49,483 nucleotides of DNA, taken from contig JABMSA010000270.1 in assembly GCA_013202185.1 (NCBI GenBank), positions 1-49,483 on the forward strand, given 5' to 3'. Source of the DNA: Planctomycetota bacterium. GTDB taxonomy: Bacteria > Planctomycetota > PUPC01 > JABMSA01. The notes beneath the pieces were generated by a model, which had not been told where the DNA came from, searched no databases, and saw only the letters and a program-made list of their open reading frames with translations. Within the stretch, counting starts at the first letter, position 1. Each line of letters opens with the position of its first letter. Positions 27,112 to 36,447 of this stretch are shown piece after piece. Position numbers and translations under genes: made by a program.

Positions 27112-29183
27112 TTGTTGTCTCCTTGAGTGCCGGAGATTCGTGATCCGATCTGCTGCTCGGCTGCGTCGAGGAGGTTGTCGGCCTCCTTCAAGAGGAGCTC
27201 GGCCATCGCGGGGTTGTGTACTCCCCAACTGCCGTCTTGCTCGATTGCCCGGAGCTTTGCCCGCGCCGCCCGCATGGCCGGTGCAGCCTGAGCGTGGGGT
27301 GCGTTGCCCTGGGCCTTCTCGAGGTCCGCGAGAATCTTTAGGCTGCTTTTGTGCAGCTTGCGTGTTGTGCCTTGCCAGAGGCTGATCATTGCTTTGCCGG
27401 TGCCCTTGTCGTGGCATTCGTCGCAAGCGGCGGCTACGGCCCTTGGTGGCTGGTTAGCTTCGATTTCGGTGTGGCAGGCCTCGCATGGCACGCCGTCGGA
27501 CATCGCGGCGGCCTTGTTCACGCGCGTGGGCAGGGCGCCGCCTTTGCCGGCGAGCATGTTGTTCTGCAACTGGTGGCAGCCCGAGCAGTCGTCGGCGCCA
27601 TCGTGGTGGCAGCTCGAGCAGTCGGCCTTCTTGACGGTCAGCTTGCCGTGCTCCGGCTCGTTACTGTGGCAGGTTTTGCACTCGATGTTTTCCTTGCCGA
27701 GGTGACGTTCGTGGGGGAACTGAACGTCTTCGTAACTGACGGTGGTGTTGCGCCTGAGGCCTATGTGGCAGCTCTTGATGCACGAAGTTATTATGTCGGA
27801 TTTGGCGCTGATCGGGCGGTATGCGACCATCAGCGGCTTGGTGTCTCCGGGAAGTGAAGCGGCGGCCTCACGGAGGCTCCTTTGGGCGGCGTCGATTATA
27901 TCGAGGGCATATATCATGTTATGCGCAGGCCCGCTTTTCTCAAGCATGTTCAGGTCTGATCGTGCGTTCGCGATTGTTTTTTCGATCTTTGCCTTGTTCT
28001 CGATTGCGATGCCCGACGCTCTTGCGAGGGCGTTTTCGACGCCGGCGAGGAGGCTGTTGGCTGTCTTGAGGCCGTCTTCGGATACGGCCAGCCACTTTTC
28101 GAGCATTACGCCGTAGCCCTTTCCGTGGCAGTCGACGCACGCCTGCTTCATTTCGGGGAGCACCACTTTGGCGCCATCGTGCGAGGCGAGCGTCTTGTGG
28201 TGGCATCCTTCACAACTGACCTTTGCCAGGAACATTGTGTCGGGGGATTCGGGCACGAGCGAGGCGCCTTTTCCTGCGAAGAGGTCGCGCTGTTGCTTGT
28301 GGCACTGCCCGCAGGTGGCGTCGAGGCTTTCGGTGATCTCGACGAGGCCGTGCCGAATCTCTGCATGACACTCGAAACATTCCACCTTGTGCTCGGTGAC
28401 GTGGGTGTGATGGATGGTTTCTTTGTCGTACTTGTGCCTGTCTTTTTCCATGTGGCAATCGTAACATCGGGTTTCAGGGACCTCGCCTGTGCCGCGTGTG
28501 ACATGGATGTGGCACTTCTCGCACTCCACACCCTGGCTGATGTACTTGGCGTGATCGAGTGTGAAACCCTTGTGCGTTACGGTTTGGCTGGGTGCGCCGT
28601 GGCAGTTGCCGCATCCGCCGAGCGGGTGGCCTTCGGGCGTGTTGAGGAAATGGCAGGTGAAGCATACGCTTTCGGTCACGGAGATATGATCACCCTGAAC
28701 GAGCTGCGAATGGCAGGTGGTGCAGCGCAGCTCGATGCCTCTCCGCTCGCCCCCGAGGTGGTCCTCGTGGTCGAAGACTATCCCGCGCTTGTATGTTGCC
28801 TTGCCGCTGAGAAGGCGCGTTTCGTGGCATCCGGATTGCAGGCACGCCTTGTCTTCGACTTCCGCCCGTGGCCTGCGGTCGTAAGTGCCCACGACGTATC
28901 GGATGGTGGTTGCCATTGCGTGCGTCTTCTGCTTCATCAGAACGAGCGGGTTCTTCGAGAAGTGGCACGTGGGGCAGGCTACGTCGGCGTGGCTTGACGT
29001 TTTCCAGTTCGCGACGTAGGGCTTCATGTAGTGGCAGGAATTGCAGAACCACGGCTGCGAGGAGAAGTAGAACCCCGCGCCCGAGACGATCGCTCCCACG
29101 ACGACGGCCACTGCCGCCAGCCGCATCAACAAGCGCCGGTGCTCCTTGAGAAGCTTGAGAATGTCAGTCAGCAGACTTTTCAA
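27108..29183 (-). CDS. Membrane-anchored multiheme cytochrome (16 CXXCH + 2 variant motifs) with NapC/NirT/NrfH-like N-terminus
   Basis: One N-terminal TM helix followed by CNSCHYM ... W ... SSHADVACPTCH (NapC/NirT-like). 16 CXXCH plus CLQSGCH (CX4CH) and CIKSCH (CX3CH). A helical, heme-free insert of about 110 aa lies mid-protein. TTG start at 29183 is preceded by AGAAGG. Confidence 0.85.
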   Translation of the reverse strand: MKSLLTDILKLLKEHRRLLMRLAAVAVVVGAIVSGAGFYFSSQPWFCNSCHYMKPYVANWKTSSHADVACPTCHFSKNPLVLMKQKTHAMATTIRYVVGTYDRRPRAEVEDKACLQSGCHETRLLSGKATYKRGIVFDHEDHLGGERRGIELRCTTCHSQLVQGDHISVTESVCFTCHFLNTPEGHPLGGCGNCHGAPSQTVTHKGFTLDHAKYISQGVECEKCHIHVTRGTGEVPETRCYDCHMEKDRHKYDKETIHHTHVTEHKVECFECHAEIRHGLVEITESLDATCGQCHKQQRDLFAGKGASLVPESPDTMFLAKVSCEGCHHKTLASHDGAKVVLPEMKQACVDCHGKGYGVMLEKWLAVSEDGLKTANSLLAGVENALARASGIAIENKAKIEKTIANARSDLNMLEKSGPAHNMIYALDIIDAAQRSLREAAASLPGDTKPLMVAYRPISAKSDIITSCIKSCHIGLRRNTTVSYEDVQFPHERHLGKENIECKTCHSNEPEHGKLTVKKADCSSCHHDGADDCSGCHQLQNNMLAGKGGALPTRVNKAAAMSDGVPCEACHTEIEANQPPRAVAAACDECHDKGTGKAMISLWQGTTRKLHKSSLKILADLEKAQGNAPHAQAAPAMRAARAKLRAIEQDGSWGVHNPAMAELLLKEADNLLDAAEQQIGSRISGTQGDNK

Positions 29184-29194
29184 TGGTGCACCTT

Positions 29195-29623
29195 CTAAAT
29201 CATCGGCGGCCCGGACCGGCCGGTCTGAGCTTCCGGGCCGGCGAGTTGATCGTCCTCCCGACGGCGCGCGGCCAGCAGGCTCACGGCCGCCGCAACGGCC
29301 TGGTTGTCGAATGGCTTTGGAAAGAACAATGCATCATGGAAGAGGTCTTGCGTGCCTTTGCTGCGCCACAACTGCGAAGCGTACAGCGAGAGGAAGATCA
29401 CAGGCAGCCCCGGCATTGCACGCTTGATCCTGCTGATGAAATCCATCTCTTCGTCTTCGGGTGTCTTGACATCTGCTATCACCACGTCGATTTCCGGCTG
29501 CCGTGCAAGCTGCTCGGCTCGCCGGCCCGGCCGGCAGGTTTGAGTATGGTGGTCTTGAGCCAGAAACATGTTTACCGCGTATGAAATGTGGGGATCGGGA
29601 CTGATGATCAGAACGTTAGCCAC
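29195..29623 (-). CDS. Stand-alone receiver-domain protein
   Basis: VANVLIISPDP ... EIDVVIADVKTPEDEEMDF ... LPVIFLS ... FPKPF is a receiver fold with no output domain. GTG at 29623 is preceded by GGAG and overlaps the kinase stop by 8 nt. The track ORF extends to 29695. TAG stop. Confidence 0.7.
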   Translation of the reverse strand: MANVLIISPDPHISYAVNMFLAQDHHTQTCRPGRRAEQLARQPEIDVVIADVKTPEDEEMDFISRIKRAMPGLPVIFLSLYASQLWRSKGTQDLFHDALFFPKPFDNQAVAAAVSLLAARRREDDQLAGPEAQTGRSGPPMI

Positions 29624-31076
29624 GCGGGCTTGCTCCTTCGGCGTTGTAGTCGCCGGCCCTATTGCCTGCCCTTTCCCCCTTTCCGAGGTATACATGGAAC
29701 CGCGAGCCTTCGTCCTTGCGGCTGTCGACGCTGATGCGGCCGCCGAACTTTCGCACGATGGCGTCGGTGACGCTCAACCCGAGGCCGGTGCCCTGGCCTG
29801 CCTCCTTGGTGGTGAAGAACGGCTCGAAAATGTGCTGCATCTCCTTTGTGTTCATCCCGATGCCGGTGTCGGCGAATGTTACGCGTATCTCATTATCGAC
29901 GTCGGCGGTGGTGATGGTAAGGGATCCGCCGTCGGGCATGGCATCGAAGGCGTTGGAGATGATGTTGACGAAGACCTGCATGAGTTGGTCGCCGCTGGCG
30001 CGGATGGTGGGCAGTCCGTCACTTAAGGCCGTTTCTATCTCGACGCGTTGGGATCGCTTGTCGTAGCGCGCCATTTTCACAGCCAGGGCGATCATCTCGT
30101 TGGCATCGAGTATTTCCTCGTCGGAGTCCATCGGGCGGGCGAAGTTCACCATGTCGCGCACTATCCGGCTGATGCGGTCGATGTGAGAGTACACCAGCGA
30201 GAGGCTTTCCTGAAGTGATGTATCGTCGGTTTTGCGCATGAGGTACTGGACGAGCGAAGAGATGGATGCGAGGGGATTGCCGATCTCGTGGGCCACGCCC
30301 GCGGCCATCTGCCCGATGACGGCCATTTTCTCCTGGTGCATGATCTGCTTCTGCAATTCGGCGGCTTCGTTTGAGTGCCGCTCGAGGAAATACATCGTGT
30401 TGTTGAAGCTCTCGCCGATGGCGGTGAGCATGTCGGGCCGGGCGTTCACATATATGCTGCAGCCCAGGCAGCTTGGGCGGCCATCGCTGTCGGGCTCGGT
30501 TTGCAGGCAATCTTTCCTGGCTATTTGCCAGCACCTCAGATCATACGAGCCGTAGCCCGGGCAGACTTCCCGCGTGCAGCCCTTTTCTTCCCAGCAGGGC
30601 AGGAGGTTGGGGTTCTCGTACCTGATATCGAAATTGCCTTCGGCTTCCGCGCGACGAATCAGGTCGACGATCTGGTCGGTGCAGCAAGCCAGTTCTTCTT
30701 CGTGCCGGCGCAGTTCTCTGGCGGCGCGCTCGCCCATGGCTGCCTGGCGGCGTAGCCGCATGCACCTATTGGCACACCAGAATATCGCGTTGGCTGCGGC
30801 CAGGCCCATAGCAATGGCATACAGCGGCCACGGTGTCTTGATTACTTGCAGAACATCAGCGGCCATCCACGCAGCGACGAGCAGCACTGGGGCAGCTATC
30901 CATGGCAGGCGGGCCGGCCAGGCCGGCCGCCCCACGGCATCGCCGCTCGAGCCGGTTGCAGCTACGGCTTCGGAATTGTTCTTTTGCGCTGCCTTAGCGT
31001 GTGTGCTATGACGTTTCATAGCAGTTGGCTCGCCGATGTTGTTTCTGTGCCTGCTCGTGCAAGGATGGCGCCTCAA
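29616..31076 (-). CDS. Sensor histidine kinase with Cys-rich (CW...C...CP...CW) sensor module
   Basis: Two TM helices and a coiled coil, then CWEEKGCTREVCPGYGSYDLRCWQIARKDCLQTEPDSDGRPSCLGCSIY. H-box AAGVAHEIGNPLASI. HATPase boxes NIISNAFDA, DTGIGM, GTGLGLSV. Start is TTG 31076 or ATG 31019. Confidence 0.85.
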   Translation of the reverse strand: MRRHPCTSRHRNNIGEPTAMKRHSTHAKAAQKNNSEAVAATGSSGDAVGRPAWPARLPWIAAPVLLVAAWMAADVLQVIKTPWPLYAIAMGLAAANAIFWCANRCMRLRRQAAMGERAARELRRHEEELACCTDQIVDLIRRAEAEGNFDIRYENPNLLPCWEEKGCTREVCPGYGSYDLRCWQIARKDCLQTEPDSDGRPSCLGCSIYVNARPDMLTAIGESFNNTMYFLERHSNEAAELQKQIMHQEKMAVIGQMAAGVAHEIGNPLASISSLVQYLMRKTDDTSLQESLSLVYSHIDRISRIVRDMVNFARPMDSDEEILDANEMIALAVKMARYDKRSQRVEIETALSDGLPTIRASGDQLMQVFVNIISNAFDAMPDGGSLTITTADVDNEIRVTFADTGIGMNTKEMQHIFEPFFTTKEAGQGTGLGLSVTDAIVRKFGGRISVDSRKDEGSRFHVYLGKGERAGNRAGDYNAEGASPRG

Positions 31077-32749
31077 TCATCGTCGTAATTTTCCGGATCA
31101 TGATCTTCATCATGGCAGGTGAGGTAACATTCGCCCGTTCGCGGGCCCAAGTCACTGAACTCCATCAGTTCGTCTTTCTCCGACGGAAACACAATGGCCC
31201 TGTCGAAGTTTATCAGATGCGTGTGGTTGGTCGTGTCGCCCTGCGTGTAGCTTACTCCATGCGGGTCGTGGCAAGCCGAACAGGGAGCCCTTTCTTCGAC
31301 AATGTGCTTCGTGTGTTCTTCGAAGCTTTCATTATTGAGGATGCTGTCGCGGCTGTGGCAGCCGTAGCACAGAGCGTAGGCTGCGGCGCTTTCGGTGGTG
31401 TAGTCGGCGGTGCTGTAGTTTCGCACGAGGATCGGCTCGAAGGCCGAGCCGTGCGGCCCGCGAGCGGCCGATGCGTCGCCGGCGTGGCAGTCGGTGCAGG
31501 TGATGACGCTGTTTTCCGTCAACGGCGGGATGAGGCTGGGAACGTCGTCATCGACCCCGGATTCAATCAAGGGATGAAAGGAGGGGTTCGACGGATCAAA
31601 TTCGAGGCGAGTGTTCGTTTGCACGATCTGCCTGCTTATCGTTGATGGCGGCCGATTGGGGTTGTCGGCGTGGCACTTGAAACAGATCTCATATTCATTT
31701 GTTGCAACAGCCACGACGGCTCCGGCGGCGTCGACGCCCGAGACCGCCTCGAGGCTTCCCGGCAAATTCGCGCCCTGCCCCTCGCGCACGGCGTGGGGGT
31801 TGTGGCAGTCGTGGCATTCCACGTGCATGGGCGCCGACAGCGGATTCTCATTGGGATCGTGAATGCCGCGATAAAGATTAAACCCGTGGGCGCTGGGTTT
31901 GCGCGCGGCGGCGGCGATGTCCTTTTCCGCCACGCTGCCGTCGTGGCAGGCCAGGCAGTTTCTCTCCTCGTCATTGTGAATGAGCAGCCTGGCATGGCTG
32001 CCCGCGTGGTGGGGGGCGTGGCAGTTTTCGCAGCCGTTGTCGGCCACGTTGGTCCATTGAGTGTGCCAGGGCCCCGGGCCGGAGCTGCTGGTGGCCGTAG
32101 ACGTGGCGTGAACGGAATTGGGCCAGCCGCCGACTTGATGACACGACACACACAAGGCCGAGCCGCGGTTGTCCATCACGAGGAATCCCGGCACGGTGTC
32201 GATGTGCGGGTCATGACACGTGATGCACTGCATCTGGCCATTCTTGTCGAGCTTGATCGCGCCGGACTTCAACGCCTGGGGGTGCTTTATCTGCGGGTCA
32301 CTTGCCGCCAGTGCCGCGTCATAATTGAACGACACCGGATGGTCATCGGAGAGGTCCGTGCCAAGCTCGAGATTGCCCTGAAGCATCTCGCCGATGGTTG
32401 CCGGCAGGGTCGTCCCTCCCGGGCCCATAGCCCCGGGGGCCAGGGTGCCGTCGTGGCAGCTCAGGCACAGCTTCGTTGAGCCGGTAGGCTGGCCGACGTG
32501 CGCCTGCAGGGTTGTGCTTTCGTACACCTTATACACACGCTTCGACAGATCGGGGTCCCACAGTGGCCGCATTCCGCCCATCCTGCCATGCGAAACGTGA
32601 CAGTACGTGCAGGCTCCTCTGGGGCTTCCTTCTACGCCGTCGAGAGGAAACTTGTGGACCGTTGCCGATTGCGCGCCTCGTGCATATCCGCTGCCCCACA
32701 GGCAGCAGAGCATCACCAGGCACGTAACCGGCTGCCGCAAGCAGGCCAT
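31073..32749 (-). CDS. Secreted multiheme cytochrome c (11 CXXCH + 1 CX3CH)
   Basis: Signal-like N-terminus. CTYCH, CLSCH, CITCH, CVSCH, CENCH, CLACH, CHDCH, CFKCH, CTDCH, CYGCH, CSACH plus CYLTCH. The first four hemes repeat the tetraheme module of the genes at 37661-39131. Confidence 0.85.
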   Translation of the reverse strand: MACLRQPVTCLVMLCCLWGSGYARGAQSATVHKFPLDGVEGSPRGACTYCHVSHGRMGGMRPLWDPDLSKRVYKVYESTTLQAHVGQPTGSTKLCLSCHDGTLAPGAMGPGGTTLPATIGEMLQGNLELGTDLSDDHPVSFNYDAALAASDPQIKHPQALKSGAIKLDKNGQMQCITCHDPHIDTVPGFLVMDNRGSALCVSCHQVGGWPNSVHATSTATSSSGPGPWHTQWTNVADNGCENCHAPHHAGSHARLLIHNDEERNCLACHDGSVAEKDIAAAARKPSAHGFNLYRGIHDPNENPLSAPMHVECHDCHNPHAVREGQGANLPGSLEAVSGVDAAGAVVAVATNEYEICFKCHADNPNRPPSTISRQIVQTNTRLEFDPSNPSFHPLIESGVDDDVPSLIPPLTENSVITCTDCHAGDASAARGPHGSAFEPILVRNYSTADYTTESAAAYALCYGCHSRDSILNNESFEEHTKHIVEERAPCSACHDPHGVSYTQGDTTNHTHLINFDRAIVFPSEKDELMEFSDLGPRTGECYLTCHDEDHDPENYDDD

Positions 32750-33817
32750 TTACTGGTCCCCCGGTCGAAGCTGAAAAACCTGTACTCGGCGATTGTAGGA
32801 ATCGCTTACGAACATCCTGTCGGCCGAGTCGATGAATATGGCGCCGGGCAGGCAGAACTGCCCCGCTTCCCATCCCTCCTCGCCAAATGCCATCAGCAAG
32901 CGGCCCGAGCTGTCGAAAGCCTGGATGTTCTCAAAGCGCGCGTCGACCACCCAGATGTGCTCGGCGCCGTCCACGGCCACGGCTTTGGGCAACGAAAAAT
33001 TCCCGGGCCGATTGCCTTCCTCGCCGAACGATCGAATGTGCTCGCCGGCCAGGTCGAATATCTGAACACGAAAATTGAAACTATCGCATACGTATATTCT
33101 ACCATTTGCCACGGATAATCCGGTGGGGTAATTGAACTGTCCGGGGTGCCCGCCGGGCCCGCCAAACTCGAGCTTCACCCGGCCGCGCAGGTCGAAAGCC
33201 AGCACCCGGTGCCCGGAAGTGTCGGCCACGTACAGCAGCGAGTTGCTCTGGCTGAAGGCTATACCCGTTGGCCGGAGCATTCGCTCGGAGCTGAAACGCG
33301 AAAGAAGCTTGCCTTCCTGGTCCAGCACGGCGATGGAAGAGGCGGGCGGATCAGTCACGTAAAGACGGCCCTGCGTGTCCATAGCGATGCCGATGGGGGT
33401 CTGAGTGACCTCGTTCAGGGGCATCTGTGTATAGCGCCGGTCATCGAGCCCAAAGCGGTGGATGCACCTCCCGGCCGAGTCCACCACAAGCAGCTCCCGC
33501 GACGCCGTGAGCAGCAGGCCCTGGGGCGTAACAAGTGCGCCCGGCTGCCTGGCTCCGAACATCGTAGAGATCAGTTTCTGCCAGAAGGACTTGCCCGGGC
33601 GCAGGTCGTCGGCAGTGACGAACTGGCCGAGGCAAACGACCCGCGGCTCGAGGGGAGGCGCCGGCCACGTCGGCGAGTTCTGATTCGCCCTGAGGATCTC
33701 TCCGGGCGGAGTTGCGCAGCCCAGCGCGGCGCAGCACAGCAGCAGCGCCGCTGCGGCCTTGCAGGCCCTTCGTTTCGGAGCCGCCGAAAAGGAGTTGCCA
33801 TTGGTTTCATGCACCAC
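32750..33817 (-). CDS. NHL-repeat beta-propeller protein (probable lipoprotein or secreted)
   Basis: Repeated units of the type GQFNYPTGLSV..GRIYVCDSFNFRVQIFD and GNFSLPKAVAVD...IWVVD...NIQAFD. N-terminal LLLCCAALGCATP. The track ORF starts at TTG 33844. GTG 33817 follows GAGGAA and is preferred. Confidence 0.85.
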   Translation of the reverse strand: MVHETNGNSFSAAPKRRACKAAAALLLCCAALGCATPPGEILRANQNSPTWPAPPLEPRVVCLGQFVTADDLRPGKSFWQKLISTMFGARQPGALVTPQGLLLTASRELLVVDSAGRCIHRFGLDDRRYTQMPLNEVTQTPIGIAMDTQGRLYVTDPPASSIAVLDQEGKLLSRFSSERMLRPTGIAFSQSNSLLYVADTSGHRVLAFDLRGRVKLEFGGPGGHPGQFNYPTGLSVANGRIYVCDSFNFRVQIFDLAGEHIRSFGEEGNRPGNFSLPKAVAVDGAEHIWVVDARFENIQAFDSSGRLLMAFGEEGWEAGQFCLPGAIFIDSADRMFVSDSYNRRVQVFQLRPGDQ

Positions 33818-33827
33818 GGGCTTTTCC

Positions 33828-35822
33828 TCAGAACCGCCGCTCAAGACCGACAGTAAGTGACGTTCGCTGGACCTTTCCGCTGGAGTAGTTGCCTCTTGAG
33901 TGCTCCACGTTTGCAGCGAATCTGAAGGTGCGGAACGCCCACGTCAGCCCGGCGCGGCCAACGATCGAGCTTGTGGGGCCGGCGTCCGAGCTTTCCTCCT
34001 TGCGGTACCCGGCGGCATAGGTGAGGTTCAGGGTCTTGGTAACGGTCTGCTTGATGGTTGCCCTCATGTTGTACACCCGCGTTTCGCGCCGGTTGGGGGG
34101 GAAGTATTCGTAGTCGGAATAATCGGCGGAAAGGTTGAGACGCACGCCCCTGCGGCGGCCGGCGTAGTAGGCGGCGGTGTAGCGCGTTGAGCGATAGGGA
34201 GACGTTGCCAGATCGGAATCGCGCCTCTCTGCGGAGAGGGTGAGCCGGCCCAGGCGCTGCTTGGCGCCTATGGTGGTTGTGCGTTCGTCGCTCTCCACCA
34301 CACCGGGCAAGCTGGGCGTGATGGTCACGTCTCGCCTGGTATGGCGAATATACGGTGTGAGCCCGAACGAGAAGGCGTGGCGGATATAGCAGGTGTATGT
34401 GTTTGTCGCTTGGCGCTGGTTGCCGGGGCTTGTGTATTGATAACTGACCCGCACTTCATCGCCTTCGTTGATCCCGCTGCCGAAGGGGGCAATGCGGAGG
34501 GTTGTCCTCCCTGCGATTTCTATCACGATGTAGTCCGTGATCTCGTCGTGAGGGCTGCCGCTCGGATCCGTGACGGAAATGGTGTTTTGAATGATATTCT
34601 GTTCGACCAGGAACGTTTCCTGCAACGAGCTGAGATGGTGGCTTTCGTCCACAACGAACAAAGTACTCGCGGTTCCTTTGTCATCCCTGATGTCGTAGTC
34701 GGCCGAGCACCCGAGAAACAGGGTGCCCAGGCTGTTGAGCTTTTGATAGTTGACGGATAACGCCCCCCCGCGGCGGCCGGTTGTGCGGCCGGTGCTGTAT
34801 CGGTCTTGTGATGTGCGGATGCGGCCGGTGGTCTTGAGGCTTCGGTACAATTTGTGCGTGAAACCCACCCGGGCATTCCAGAGCTGCTGGGCGAGTTGAT
34901 CTCGCTGCCTGTCTTTGTAGCTGAAGTCGTATGTCGTCGAGAGATTGTCGGTGTGCTGCAGTTTGAGCTGCGTTCCCAAGTCGAGGTCGCTGAGCGACGT
35001 GTTACCCCGCCTGTCGCTGTAGCGCAGGCTGCTTGTCAGGCGGCCACGCCGCTCGTCGTCCAGAGAAACATTGTGACGGATCTGTATCTCGTCTTTTGCC
35101 GAGGAATCTTCAAGAAGGTTTGCCCGCGTTTCGGAGTGAATGTATCCCAGCGACACTCTTCCTGCCCGGCCGAGGCTGGTGGCGACGTCATATGCGAGGC
35201 TCGAACGTTCCGCAGTAGAACTCTCGGCCCCTTCGGTTGCGGCTTGCTCAACAACCTGCTCACGATCGAAGGTCAGCCTCATGGGCGTGCGCCTGTCGGC
35301 CTTCCTGAGGGTGAAACCGTGGCGGGTACGGCTCACATGCAAGCTCGAGGTGAAACGCCTCGGCACGACCTGGTCGCTTCGGCTGGCATGCAACCGCAGC
35401 GGAAAACGCTTCTCCTTGAGAATGTCGGCGGTCAGGTCGTACTCCATGAGGCTGCCCCTGCTGCTGCCGGAGGTGTCGCCTTCCTTGTATTTTTCCTGCG
35501 AGGCGCCGATCCGGCAATCGGCTGCCAACTCCACGAAGTTGGGATGGAGAATGGCGCCGGTCGTCTTCAGATCGAGGAACTCACTGACAACCGTAGAGGC
35601 GGCCTCGAGCTCATTGCCTGCGCTCTGGCTCTTCTCTCTGGCGGTTTGATACGTCGCGCCGATGCTTCCTGATGGCTTTTTCACTTTCAACAACTGAAGC
35701 CTCGACTTGCTGTCTGGCTTCCCCCTACAAGACGCGGCCAGCGCCGCCGTCAGCAGCAGCGCGGCACAAGTTCCAAGAACACGCCACTTTTCCCTATGAT
35801 GCACGCTTGCCCCTTTCCGCAA
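33828..35822 (-). CDS. Predicted large outer-membrane beta-barrel protein
   Basis: 664 aa. Signal peptide ending LAASC. Long run of short alternating hydrophobic/polar segments rich in Y/R/T/S/G. C-terminal ...SLTVGLERRF (terminal aromatic residue typical of OMPs). No heme motif. Start TTG 35822 or GTG 35804. Confidence 0.6.
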   Translation of the reverse strand: MRKGASVHHREKWRVLGTCAALLLTAALAASCRGKPDSKSRLQLLKVKKPSGSIGATYQTAREKSQSAGNELEAASTVVSEFLDLKTTGAILHPNFVELAADCRIGASQEKYKEGDTSGSSRGSLMEYDLTADILKEKRFPLRLHASRSDQVVPRRFTSSLHVSRTRHGFTLRKADRRTPMRLTFDREQVVEQAATEGAESSTAERSSLAYDVATSLGRAGRVSLGYIHSETRANLLEDSSAKDEIQIRHNVSLDDERRGRLTSSLRYSDRRGNTSLSDLDLGTQLKLQHTDNLSTTYDFSYKDRQRDQLAQQLWNARVGFTHKLYRSLKTTGRIRTSQDRYSTGRTTGRRGGALSVNYQKLNSLGTLFLGCSADYDIRDDKGTASTLFVVDESHHLSSLQETFLVEQNIIQNTISVTDPSGSPHDEITDYIVIEIAGRTTLRIAPFGSGINEGDEVRVSYQYTSPGNQRQATNTYTCYIRHAFSFGLTPYIRHTRRDVTITPSLPGVVESDERTTTIGAKQRLGRLTLSAERRDSDLATSPYRSTRYTAAYYAGRRRGVRLNLSADYSDYEYFPPNRRETRVYNMRATIKQTVTKTLNLTYAAGYRKEESSDAGPTSSIVGRAGLTWAFRTFRFAANVEHSRGNYSSGKVQRTSLTVGLERRF

Positions 35823-35844
35823 TGTTCAATCCCGGCGGCACAGA

Positions 35845-36447
35845 TCAACTTTTCAACAGGAGCCGGTTTTCTGAGCCGTGCGGGTCGTGGCAACGTGTGC
35901 AATCCTCCTTACTTGCGTGAGCATCGTTGCTTTCGATGAATGTGGGCGCCGTGAGGTCGTGGCAGGTGGCGCAGAGCTTTTCGGGGGGCTTTTTCAGCAG
36001 GGCCTTGTTTTCTGATTTGTGCGCCGAATGGCACTGCAGGCATGCCCACGCCGCCACCGGGCCGTGCCAGAATGTCGATTGCTCGTTGAAGCCCGTGTGG
36101 CACTTCGAGCACATTGCCTTCACGCGTGGCGTCGCGCTTGATCTGACCTCGATCATGTCATGACAGCCGTCGCACTTGCCCTTCTTGTAGGGCTCGTGGG
36201 TGTAGACCACCCTAGCGGGCTTCGGGCTGTCACCCACCGACTCGAGCCCGCCGTTCTGCTCATCGGGGATCGTGGTGGGCACTTCCGGCTCGGGCACCCC
36301 GTCGAAGAAGAAGCTGAGGGTTTGGTACCTTTGTTCGGGCGTGCAGTGGGCGCACACAATAACGGCGGCGGCGCACAGCATAGCAGCAATCCACGGCCGC
36401 GCGGTCGCCGGGCTTTTCGCGCATTGCTTGCCGGGTGTGCCGTTCAT
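35845..36447 (-). CDS. Pentaheme c-type cytochrome (c7/c3-like)
   Basis: CDGCH, CSKCH, CLQCH, CATCH, CTRCH. Hydrophobic N-terminus. ATGA overlap with the upstream NHL gene. Confidence 0.85.
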   Translation of the reverse strand: MNGTPGKQCAKSPATARPWIAAMLCAAAVIVCAHCTPEQRYQTLSFFFDGVPEPEVPTTIPDEQNGGLESVGDSPKPARVVYTHEPYKKGKCDGCHDMIEVRSSATPRVKAMCSKCHTGFNEQSTFWHGPVAAWACLQCHSAHKSENKALLKKPPEKLCATCHDLTAPTFIESNDAHASKEDCTRCHDPHGSENRLLLKS

